Source of the DNA: Alphaproteobacteria bacterium UBA1301
GTDB lineage: Bacteria > Pseudomonadota > Alphaproteobacteria > Micropepsales > Micropepsaceae
NCBI GenBank assembly: GCA_002307725.1
Contig: DBUB01000007.1
Span: 136,003-200,002 of the forward strand
Reading direction: 5' to 3'
Length of the DNA stretch: 64,000 bases
This document shows positions 28,144 through 35,566 of the stretch, piece after piece. A model generated the notes under the pieces. The model was not told the origin of the DNA, ran no database searches, and was given only the letters and a program-made list of their open reading frames with translations. Each line of letters opens with the position of its first letter. Position 1 is the stretch's first letter. Position numbers and translations under genes: made by a program.

Positions 28144-29274
28144 ATGGAAAGCCCCTGGTTCCATTTGGATCGAAGCGGCCAGAGCTTGCGTCTGACCGCC
28201 GGTGGTCCATGGACGGTGTATCACGCCGCCGCCGTGGACGGGGCCTTGCGCCGCCTTGATCCCAAGGACGCGACCGCGGCCGAGATTGATGCCAGCGGCG
28301 TCGAGGCGCTCGATACCACCGGTGCCTGGATGCTCCTGCGCACCAAATGCCAGCTTGCCGCCGCCGGCCTCACGATCACCGCCTTCAAGGTCCCTGAGGA
28401 CTTCAAGCCGCTGCTGCAGGTGATTGAGTCAGATCAGCCGCCGCCGCCGGCTGCGGTCGTCACCCGTGACACGTTCGCCGCCTATCTCGAACACGTCGGC
28501 CGCGCCAGCCACTCTGTGCTGATCCAGGGGCTCGGCATCCTTGGCTATGTCGGGCGCATCACCATCGAGTGGTTTAAGACCATCTACGCCCCGCAACGCC
28601 ATTTTCGCTTGATCGCCACGATGCATCAGATCGAAGAGGTCGGCATCAACGCGCTGCCGATCGTCGGGCTGTTGATGTTCCTCGTCGGCATTGTGCTGGC
28701 CTATCAGGGCGCCGATCAGCTCAAGCGCTTCGGCCTCGACATCTACACCGTCAATGCGCTCGGCATCGGCGTGCTGCGCGAGCTTGGTGTCTTGATCACC
28801 GCGATCATCATCGCCGGGCGCTCGGGCTCGGCCTTCACCGCGCAGATCGGCACCATGAAGGTGAACGAGGAAATCGACGCGATGCAGACCATGGGTCTCA
28901 ACGTCGACGACGTTCTGATCCTGCCGCGCGTCACCGGCCTCGTCATTGCGCTGCCGTTTCTCACCTTCTATGCCGACGTTGTAGCGCTGATCGGCGGCGC
29001 GCTGATGTGCTATTTCGACATGGGCATTACCTTTCCGATGTTCATCCGCCAACTGCATCAGGCAATCAATCTCGACACCTTCCTGGTCGGCATGATCAAG
29101 GCGCCGGTGTTCGCCTATGTCATCGGCATGGTGGGCTGTTTCGAAGGCCTCAACGTCGAGCGCAACGCCGCGTCGGTCGGTAAGCTCACGACCCGGTCGG
29201 TGGTGGAGTCGGTGTTCCTCGTCATTGTGCTCGATGCCGCCTTCTCGGTCATGTTCTCGATTTTGGGGATTTGA
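28144..29274 (+). CDS. MlaE-family ABC transporter permease with N-terminal STAS-like domain
   Basis: 376 aa. The N-terminal ~100 aa (LRLTAGGPWTVYHAAAVDGALRRL...IDASGVEALDTTGAWML) are STAS-like. The rest is an MlaE permease (ELGVLITAIIIAGRSGSAFTAQIGTMKVNEEIDAM). Confidence 0.88.
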   Translation: MESPWFHLDRSGQSLRLTAGGPWTVYHAAAVDGALRRLDPKDATAAEIDASGVEALDTTGAWMLLRTKCQLAAAGLTITAFKVPEDFKPLLQVIESDQPPPPAAVVTRDTFAAYLEHVGRASHSVLIQGLGILGYVGRITIEWFKTIYAPQRHFRLIATMHQIEEVGINALPIVGLLMFLVGIVLAYQGADQLKRFGLDIYTVNALGIGVLRELGVLITAIIIAGRSGSAFTAQIGTMKVNEEIDAMQTMGLNVDDVLILPRVTGLVIALPFLTFYADVVALIGGALMCYFDMGITFPMFIRQLHQAINLDTFLVGMIKAPVFAYVIGMVGCFEGLNVERNAASVGKLTTRSVVESVFLVIVLDAAFSVMFSILGI

Positions 29275-29276
29275 GC

Positions 29277-30041
29277 ATGGCCGGGCCCGACACCATCATC
29301 AGCGTCAAAGGTCTCGTCACCCGGCTCGGTGGCAAGCTGATCCACGACCACATCGATCTTGACGTCCGCCGCGGCGAGGTGATTGCCATCGTCGGTGGCT
29401 CCGGCTCGGGCAAGTCGGTGCTGCTGCGCTCCATCGTTGGGCTGATGCGCCCGGCGGCGGGTTCGATCGATGTCTTCGGTGAAGATGTCCTGGCAATGAA
29501 TGAGAACGCCATGCGCGCCTTGCAGCGCCGCTGGGGCGTGCTGTTTCAGGACGGCGCGCTGTTCTCCTCGCAGACGGTGGCGGAAAACATCCAGGTTCCC
29601 TTGCGCGAATTCACCGACGTGCCGCAGGTGTTGATGAACGAAATCGCCGCGATCAAGCTTGCGATGGTCGGCCTGGGCGAAGACGCGGCGTCCAAATACC
29701 CTTCCGAACTGTCCGGCGGTATGCGCAAGCGCGCCAGCCTCGCCCGCGCCCTGGTGCTCGATCCCGAGATCGTTTTCCTTGATGAGCCGACTTCCGGTCT
29801 CGACCCCATCGCCGCCGCCGCCTTCGATCAGTTGATCGCATCGCTGCAGAAGAGCCTTGGCCTTACGGTTTTCATGGTGACGCACGATCTCGACACACTG
29901 AACGCGATTTGCGATCGCGCGGCGGTGTTGGTGAACAAAAAACTGAAGGTCGGTACGATCGACGAGGTGCGCCGCGATCCCGATCCCTGGATTCAGGAAT
30001 ACTTCGCCGGCCCGCGCGGCCGCGCGGCAATGCGGCAATAG
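29277..30041 (+). CDS. MlaF-like ABC transporter ATP-binding protein
   Basis: Walker A GGSGSGKS, signature LSGGMRKR, Walker B VFLDEPTSGLD. The track start TTG 29271 overlaps the MlaE stop; ATG 29277 is preferred. Confidence 0.9.
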   Translation: MAGPDTIISVKGLVTRLGGKLIHDHIDLDVRRGEVIAIVGGSGSGKSVLLRSIVGLMRPAAGSIDVFGEDVLAMNENAMRALQRRWGVLFQDGALFSSQTVAENIQVPLREFTDVPQVLMNEIAAIKLAMVGLGEDAASKYPSELSGGMRKRASLARALVLDPEIVFLDEPTSGLDPIAAAAFDQLIASLQKSLGLTVFMVTHDLDTLNAICDRAAVLVNKKLKVGTIDEVRRDPDPWIQEYFAGPRGRAAMRQ

Positions 30042-30049
30042 GTGATGTG

Positions 30050-30898
30050 ATGGAAACGAAAGCCAATTATATTGCGGTAGGCGCCTTCGTGCTAACCTTC
30101 ATCCTGGCGCTGGTGATCACGGTGTTATGGCTGGCCGGGGCGCAGTACAGCCACGAATACGAATACTACCGCACCAATTTTCACGGTGCGGTAACCGGTC
30201 TCGGCAAGGGTACGGCGGTGCGCTACAACGGCATCGACGTTGGGCGGGTGGATACGCTCGAATTCGATCCCCACGATCCGCAGGTTGTCATCGTCACGCT
30301 GCAGATCCAGCCCGGCCTCGGCATCCGCACCGACTCGGTATCGTCGATCGAGCCGCAAGGCCTTACCGGCGGGTCTTATGTCGAGATTTCCGGCGGCACC
30401 AAGGATGCGCCGATGCTCGTCGCCGCGCCGGGTCAGGAATTTCCGGTGATCAAGACCGCGCCCTCGGCCTTGCAGCAATTGACCGTCGGGGCGCCGGAAC
30501 TGCTCGCCAAGCTCAACACCATCGCTGACCGGCTCACCACGCTATTGTCGGACGAGAATCAGAAGCACCTGTCCAACTCCCTCGCCAATCTCGACAAGAC
30601 CACCACCGCTCTGGCGGGGCATAGCGGCGAGATGGGGACGACGCTGACCAATCTGGCGGAGGCCTCCAAGCAATTGCCTGGCACCGTCGCCACCGCCAAC
30701 GAGAGCATGAAGAAGATCGGCAAGCTCGCTGACGATACCGATGGCTTCGTGCGTGGCGACGGACTGGCGCAGCTTGCTGGTCTGATCGCCGATACGCGGC
30801 GCACCGTTACCAGTTTGAACCGCCTCACGGAACAACTCGACCGGCAGCCGACCAAGCTGATCTTCGGCGACCGGCGCAAAGGGTACACACCGCCATGA
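30050..30898 (+). CDS. MlaD/MCE family substrate-binding protein
   Basis: ORF 29909..30898 trimmed to METKANYIAVGAFVLTFILALV (TM anchor). MCE domain GLGKGTAVRYNGIDVGRV, then a long helical C-terminus. Confidence 0.88.
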   Translation: METKANYIAVGAFVLTFILALVITVLWLAGAQYSHEYEYYRTNFHGAVTGLGKGTAVRYNGIDVGRVDTLEFDPHDPQVVIVTLQIQPGLGIRTDSVSSIEPQGLTGGSYVEISGGTKDAPMLVAAPGQEFPVIKTAPSALQQLTVGAPELLAKLNTIADRLTTLLSDENQKHLSNSLANLDKTTTALAGHSGEMGTTLTNLAEASKQLPGTVATANESMKKIGKLADDTDGFVRGDGLAQLAGLIADTRRTVTSLNRLTEQLDRQPTKLIFGDRRKGYTPP

Positions 30899-31515
30899 GC
30901 ATCTCTCGTCGTGTCTTGTTCGCCGGCGCTTCGGGGCTGATCCTCGCTGGTTGCGCCGATGTGGTGGGGCCGCTGGCCGCGCCCAAGCTTTACGTGTTGA
31001 CGCCGCCGCTGCTGGGGCCCGTGCCGGGGCCGAAGGTCGCATGGGCGCTGTCAATTGCGATGCCCGAGGCGACCGCGGGTCTCGACGCCGACCGCATCGC
31101 GATTTTGCGGCCGCCGTCGGGTCTCGATTACTACGCCGATGTGGCGTGGGCGGATCGTTTGCCGGTGCTGGTGCAAGCGGCGCTGGTGGAGGCGTTCGAA
31201 AGCTCGGGGCGCATCGCCGCGGTGGCGCGTGACAGCGACGGGGCGCGGGCCGATTACGTCCTCACCACCGACTTGCGCGAATTCGCGGCGCGTTATGATG
31301 CCGGCGAGGGCGCTCCTCTGGCCGTCGTGCGAATCGGCGTGCGAGTGGTGGATGCCCGTAGCCGGAAGATCTCCGGCACAGCGGTGTTCGGCAAAGAGGT
31401 GCGCGCCGCGGCGAATTCCGTGGCCGCCGGGGTTGCGGCGCTGACGGCCGCTTACGGCGCGGTGCTCGCCGATCTGGTGCCGTGGGTGCTCGACCGGTCT
31501 TCGCCTGTTACCTGA
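30895..31515 (+). CDS. ABC-type transport auxiliary lipoprotein (PqiC/YmbA, DUF330-like)
   Basis: 206 aa. Lipobox LAGC. The ATGA overlap with mlaD-like (30895-30898) indicates translational coupling. Confidence 0.75.
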   Translation: MSISRRVLFAGASGLILAGCADVVGPLAAPKLYVLTPPLLGPVPGPKVAWALSIAMPEATAGLDADRIAILRPPSGLDYYADVAWADRLPVLVQAALVEAFESSGRIAAVARDSDGARADYVLTTDLREFAARYDAGEGAPLAVVRIGVRVVDARSRKISGTAVFGKEVRAAANSVAAGVAALTAAYGAVLADLVPWVLDRSSPVT

Positions 31516-32654
31516 ACCGCTGGTAGCGTAAAGCGGAACCGCGCGCCGCCGCCGGAATTGTCACCGGCCGTCATCGTGCCGCCATGCGCTTCAACGATCG
31601 ATTTGGATATGGCGAGCCCGATCCCCATGCCGTGCGCCTTGGTGGTGACGAAGGGCTTGAACAGATTCGCCGCCACGCTCGGCGCTATGCCGGGGCCGGT
31701 GTCGTCCACCGTCACTTCCACGCCGCCCTCGCGCTTGGCCAGCGTCAGGGTCAATTCGCGCTTTGGCGAGGACTCCATCGCTTCCACGGCATTGCGCAAG
31801 AGGTTCACCAGTACTTGTTGGATCTGCACCCGGTCGGCGATGACGGGCGGCAGCCCCGCTTCGGGCCGGAAGCGGATGTTCACCGCGTTTGACTTGGCGC
31901 CGATCAGACCAAGCGCCATTGCATCTTCGGAGATCGCCGTGATGTCTTCGACGGCGTGGCAGCCGGAGCCCTTTTCGAGAAAGTCGCGCATCCGCCGCAC
32001 GATCTGTCCGGCGCGCTCGGCTTGATCGGCGATCTTGCCGGCCATGGCTTGCACTTTTGCGATCGCGTCGGGGGTGCCCGAACCGGCCAGCCGTTTGGCG
32101 GCGTTGGCGTAGTTCAACATCGCGGTGAGCGGCTGGTTGAGTTCGTGAGCGATACCGGCCGAGACCTGCCCCAGCTCGCTGACGCGGGCGACGTGCGCCA
32201 ACTCTTCGCGCAGCGCGAGCAGCCGCGCTTCATAGCCCTCGCGCTCGCGATAAAGCGCCGACAGATCGTGCACGATGCCGACGAACACGCGCTTGCCGTA
32301 AAGCTGACCGGCGCCCACCGACAGGTACATCGGAAAGCTGGTGCCGTCCTTGCGCTGGCCGGAGACCTCGCGGCCGATGCCGAGAATGCGGGCCTCGCCG
32401 GTCTCACGATAATTGTGAAGATAGCGGTCGTGGTTTTCGCGATAGGGTGAGGGCATCAGCATTTTGACGTTGTGCCCAAGCACTTCGTCTTCGCCATATT
32501 GGAACAACCGCGCGCAGGCCGGATTGTACACCTGCACCAGCCCGGCCTCGTCGATCACCATGATGCCGTCGACGGCGGTCTTGATCAGGGCTCCGAACAG
32601 ACTGTCGGGACCAATGTCCTGCTCCGGCCAAGGTGGGCTGTCATTCATATCCAT
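31452..32654 (-). CDS. FixL-type heme-PAS sensor histidine kinase
   Basis: 400 aa. The PAS region MLMPSPYRENHDRYLHNYRETGEARILGIGREVSGQRKDGTSFPMYLSVG parallels the FixL heme pocket (ILMPEPxRSRHDSYISRYRTT...IGIGRxVxGxRxDGTTFPMHLSIG). H-box AHELNQPL and G-boxes DTGPGI/GMGIGL are present. The last 64 nt overlap the convergent pqiC-like gene. Confidence 0.85.
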   Translation of the reverse strand: MDMNDSPPWPEQDIGPDSLFGALIKTAVDGIMVIDEAGLVQVYNPACARLFQYGEDEVLGHNVKMLMPSPYRENHDRYLHNYRETGEARILGIGREVSGQRKDGTSFPMYLSVGAGQLYGKRVFVGIVHDLSALYREREGYEARLLALREELAHVARVSELGQVSAGIAHELNQPLTAMLNYANAAKRLAGSGTPDAIAKVQAMAGKIADQAERAGQIVRRMRDFLEKGSGCHAVEDITAISEDAMALGLIGAKSNAVNIRFRPEAGLPPVIADRVQIQQVLVNLLRNAVEAMESSPKRELTLTLAKREGGVEVTVDDTGPGIAPSVAANLFKPFVTTKAHGMGIGLAISKSIVEAHGGTMTAGDNSGGGARFRFTLPAVQVTGEDRSSTHGTRSASTAP

Positions 32655-32799
32655 CCACGAACCACCCAGCGTGCCCGAACCAACCTGTTCTGCCCCGCCC
32701 AGTCGCCAACCGGTCTGGTGAGCGTATGTTAGAATTATAATAGATAAAGGGTATTAATTCTACCTCTCGTCTGGCCCGGCACGGCGGGGGTAGAGCGTT

Positions 32800-33114
32800 T
32801 CACCGACCGAAGTCTTCGCGGAAACGGCCGATCTGGTGCATGCGCTCGTGCAAGATGGTGACAATGCCGATGTCGCCGTTCGAGAGCCGCCGCCAATAAA
32901 CGACGTGATGCTCATAGCGGAAGAAGAAACCGTCCACGGTGAATTCTGCCGGAACGGGCTTTGAAACGACGCCTCGGGACTCGATTTTCGCAAACGCCGC
33001 GAACAGACCGGTGATGTATCGACCCGCCTGCTTTTCGCCCCATCGCTCGCTGGTGTAGCGGTAAATCTCGTCGAGTCGATGGGACGCCGCCTCTTGAACG
33101 CGGATAGCCACCAT
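32800..33114 (-). CDS. parE: type II toxin, ParE/RelE family
   Basis: 104 aa. AASHRLDEIYRYTSERWGEKQAGRYITGL...HVVYWRRLSNGDIGIVTILHERM is a typical ParE. It sits 3 nt downstream of the antitoxin gene. Confidence 0.85.
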   Translation of the reverse strand: MVAIRVQEAASHRLDEIYRYTSERWGEKQAGRYITGLFAAFAKIESRGVVSKPVPAEFTVDGFFFRYEHHVVYWRRLSNGDIGIVTILHERMHQIGRFREDFGR

Positions 33115-33117
33115 CGC

Positions 33118-33372
33118 TCAGGACCTGTTGCGGGTTATCACTTCGGCAGCGGCGAGCGGCTTATAGGTCTCCTCCGGTGCCGCGAAGGCGTGGGTCAGTT
33201 CAGCCTTGAGCCGGTCAAATGCCTCGCGTTCGACGCGTTCCTTGTCGCGCCGGATCAGGTCGCGAATATATTCGCTGACGTTCTCGTAGGCGCCGTTCTC
33301 GCCGACGTTTTCGGCGACGAACTCGCTGAGCATGCCGCTGAGACGGACCGTCATCGTCGTCGTATCAGCCAT
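33118..33372 (-). CDS. parD: type II antitoxin, ParD family (RHH/CopG)
   Basis: ORF 33118..33570 trimmed to MADTTTMTVRLSGMLSEFVAENVGENGAYENVSEYIRDLIRRDKER. The untrimmed ORF would run through the tRNA-Ser gene. Confidence 0.85.
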   Translation of the reverse strand: MADTTTMTVRLSGMLSEFVAENVGENGAYENVSEYIRDLIRRDKERVEREAFDRLKAELTHAFAAPEETYKPLAAAEVITRNRS

Positions 33373-33397
33373 CGCATTGTTCCCATTCAGGAAGTCC

Positions 33398-33424
33398 GTA
33401 TTCAATATACTCAAAAATGAATAC
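33398..33424. promoter_or_regulatory. inverted repeat GTATTCA-N13-TGAATAC upstream of parDE (likely operator)
   Basis: Perfect 7-bp arms, 26-52 nt upstream of the parD start in an AT-rich stretch. Confidence 0.45.
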
Positions 33425-33485
33425 GCATTCAAGACAAGGGCAAACCTGCGGGTTGAAGGTTCGGCCTGCATCTTCGGGAAGTGGC

Positions 33486-33576
33486 TGGCGGACAGGGAGG
33501 GATTCGAACCCTCGGAACGCTTTTGACGTTCACACACTTTCCAGGCGTGCGCCTTCAGCCACTCGGCCACCTGTCC
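33486..33576 (-). tRNA. tRNA-Ser (anticodon GGA)
   Basis: Reverse complement: GGACAGGTGGCCGAGTGGCTGAAGGCGCACGCCTGGAAAGTGTGTGAACGTCAAAAGCGTTCCGAGGGTTCGAATCCCTCCCTGTCCGCCA. Anticodon loop CTGGAAA, long variable arm, T arm GAGGG-TTCGAAT-CCCTC. Confidence 0.9.
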
Positions 33577-33710
33577 GCGCCGCGGCCGCGCTAGGCGGCC
33601 GGGGGGAGCGGTTTATCGTATTTGCCGCCTAAAGCAAACGGCCCCCAAAGCAAACGGACGGCGGACCCTTGCCCGCCGCACCGCTCCAGGCCCCAAGACG
33701 TGCTTGGATG

Positions 33711-34169
33711 TCAGTTGTCGCCGAGGGCCATGGTCCGGCGCAGTGTTCTGGCGTTGATCATCACTGCGACGATGGCCGCCGACAGGCTGATGACCGTCTG
33801 AATCAGGAAGCCGGAATCGTTGAACCACTTGAAGCCGGCAACTCCGGCCACGCCGAGCACGAACAGCACCAATTGGAGCACGCCCATGCCGATCATAGTG
33901 AGCGCTTCCGTCGTGTTGTCGATGCCGGGGTGGGACACTTTCATCTGTTCGGCCAATGCCAGCACCGCCGCGAAGATCAGAAGGATTTCACCCCAGGATA
34001 TGGCCCAGGTGGGGCTATTGCCCCAGGTCGTGTGCATATCCACGCCGACGGCTTTGACAATGACATAGAGGATCAGGACGAGCAGAAAATACGGTACGTA
34101 TCGCAGCGTGCCGCCGCGACCTGTGCCCGCGTGAACTTCCAGACGTCCGCCTTTTTCTTCATCCGACAT
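33711..34169 (-). CDS. hypothetical integral membrane protein
   Basis: ORF 33711..34253 trimmed to MSDEEKGGRLEVHAG...; four hydrophobic helices. Confidence 0.6.
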   Translation of the reverse strand: MSDEEKGGRLEVHAGTGRGGTLRYVPYFLLVLILYVIVKAVGVDMHTTWGNSPTWAISWGEILLIFAAVLALAEQMKVSHPGIDNTTEALTMIGMGVLQLVLFVLGVAGVAGFKWFNDSGFLIQTVISLSAAIVAVMINARTLRRTMALGDN

Positions 34170-34303
34170 GAAACTCTCCCCGCAAACCCTTGGAGCGCGC
34201 AGTCTTGGCGCGGCGGTTGGCGATGTCAATTGCCGAGCAACCGGCAGGCCCAATACAGTTTTTTGACAGGGGGGGGGCGTGGCCGCGGCCGCGGATGCCC
34301 GCT

Positions 34304-34636
34304 TCAGGCTTGTTTTTGCGCCTTTTTCTCGCGGTGGATCAGCATCAGATTGCGGGCATAGACCGCCAAGCCGCCGACTTGTCCGATGAAGAACGGCAGG
34401 CCCATCTGACCGAGGCGGACCGAATAGACCAGCGTGATCAGACCGCCGACGATCGAGATGTACCAGAACGCCACCGGCATCACGCTCTTCTTGGCCTTCT
34501 CGCTATAGAAAAGCTGGACGAAGAAGCGCGACGCAAAGAACACCTGCCCGAACATGCCGACCATCAGCCACAGCATGTCGGTGGTTTTGCATTCGGTATA
34601 GTTGCTGAACAGCCAGGCCGAAATGTCGTTGAGCAT
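34304..34636 (-). CDS. lipid-A-disaccharide synthase N-terminal domain (LAB_N) membrane protein
   Basis: 110 aa. LWLMVGMFGQVFFASRFFVQLFYSEKAKKSVMPVAFWYISIVGGLITLVYS matches the LAB_N repeat. The start abuts the GT2 stop codon. Confidence 0.75.
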   Translation of the reverse strand: MLNDISAWLFSNYTECKTTDMLWLMVGMFGQVFFASRFFVQLFYSEKAKKSVMPVAFWYISIVGGLITLVYSVRLGQMGLPFFIGQVGGLAVYARNLMLIHREKKAQKQA

Positions 34637-35359
34637 TTAAAGTTCCTTCGCTTCGGTCGTCTTCTTCATCCGGCGTTGCAGCCAGCGCACACCGAAAAGA
34701 TCGTCGATCCCGACCAGCATGCGGTTGAAGTTGGTGTACTTCGATTGCCCGTGCAAACGCGGGCGATGGTTCACGTCGACGAATTCCACCCGATAGCCTT
34801 CGCGGATCATCATGGTGATGGTGAAGCGATGCAGGTGGTCGAAAAAGGGCAGCGCCAGAAACGCTTCGCGCCGGAACGCCTTCAAGCCGCAGCCGGAGTC
34901 GACCGCGCCGTCATGGAGCAGGCCTTGGCGGATGGAATTGGCCAGCTTTGAGGCCAGCCGCCGCGAGAAAGTGTCCTGGCGCTTGGCACGCACGCCTGAG
35001 ACCAAGCCTAGCGACGCATCGCCGCGGCCGAAGGGAGCGACCAGCTTCGGGATGTCGGCCGGATCGTTCTGGCCGTCGCCGTCGAGGGTGACAATGATGT
35101 CGCCCTGCGCCGCCCGCACACCGGTGCGGATGCCGCGCGACTGGCCGAGATTGGTGGCGTGGCTGATGACGCGCAGCCCTTCGATTTCGGCCTTCAGCTT
35201 GAGGAGAGCCGCGGCGGTGCCGTCGGACGAGCCGTCGTCGACGAAGATGATTTCGTAGCTGCCGAGCCCGGCGGCGGCGGCCGCGATTTCGCGCGCCAAG
35301 GGGCCGATGTTCTCGGCCTCGTCTTTGACCGGCACTACCACCGAGAGCTTCACGGCCAT
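34637..35359 (-). CDS. family 2 glycosyltransferase, polyprenyl-phosphate sugar synthase type (ArnC/DPM1-like)
   Basis: The last 240 aa of the 699-aa track ORF: MAVKLSVVVPVKDEAENI...FVDDGSSDGT...TLDGDGQNDP. The upstream 459 aa are antisense shadow of the ArnT-like gene. Confidence 0.85.
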   Translation of the reverse strand: MAVKLSVVVPVKDEAENIGPLAREIAAAAAGLGSYEIIFVDDGSSDGTAAALLKLKAEIEGLRVISHATNLGQSRGIRTGVRAAQGDIIVTLDGDGQNDPADIPKLVAPFGRGDASLGLVSGVRAKRQDTFSRRLASKLANSIRQGLLHDGAVDSGCGLKAFRREAFLALPFFDHLHRFTITMMIREGYRVEFVDVNHRPRLHGQSKYTNFNRMLVGIDDLFGVRWLQRRMKKTTEAKEL

Positions 35360-35566
35360 GGCAAAATTCCGCTCGATACCATCATAGTTCAGGGTCGATT
35401 CCGCCCGTTTGGTTTTGGCGTCCAAGCTGGCGCGCGCCTTATACAGGGCCAAGCCGTCGGGAAACAGGCCATGGAAAACGCGAGTTGTGCCGGATTGACC
35501 CATGGGGTGTCCCGTATGGTGCGAAAAAGCGCTACTCCGGGTTAAGGGATACAAAAGGCATTCCAC

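Noticed and set aside
33118-33570. 150-aa ORF extending the ParD antitoxin upstream
   Set aside because: The extension runs through the tRNA-Ser(GGA) gene; MAEWLKAHAWKVCERQKRSEGSNPSLS is the tRNA read as protein. The ORF was trimmed to the ATG at 33372.
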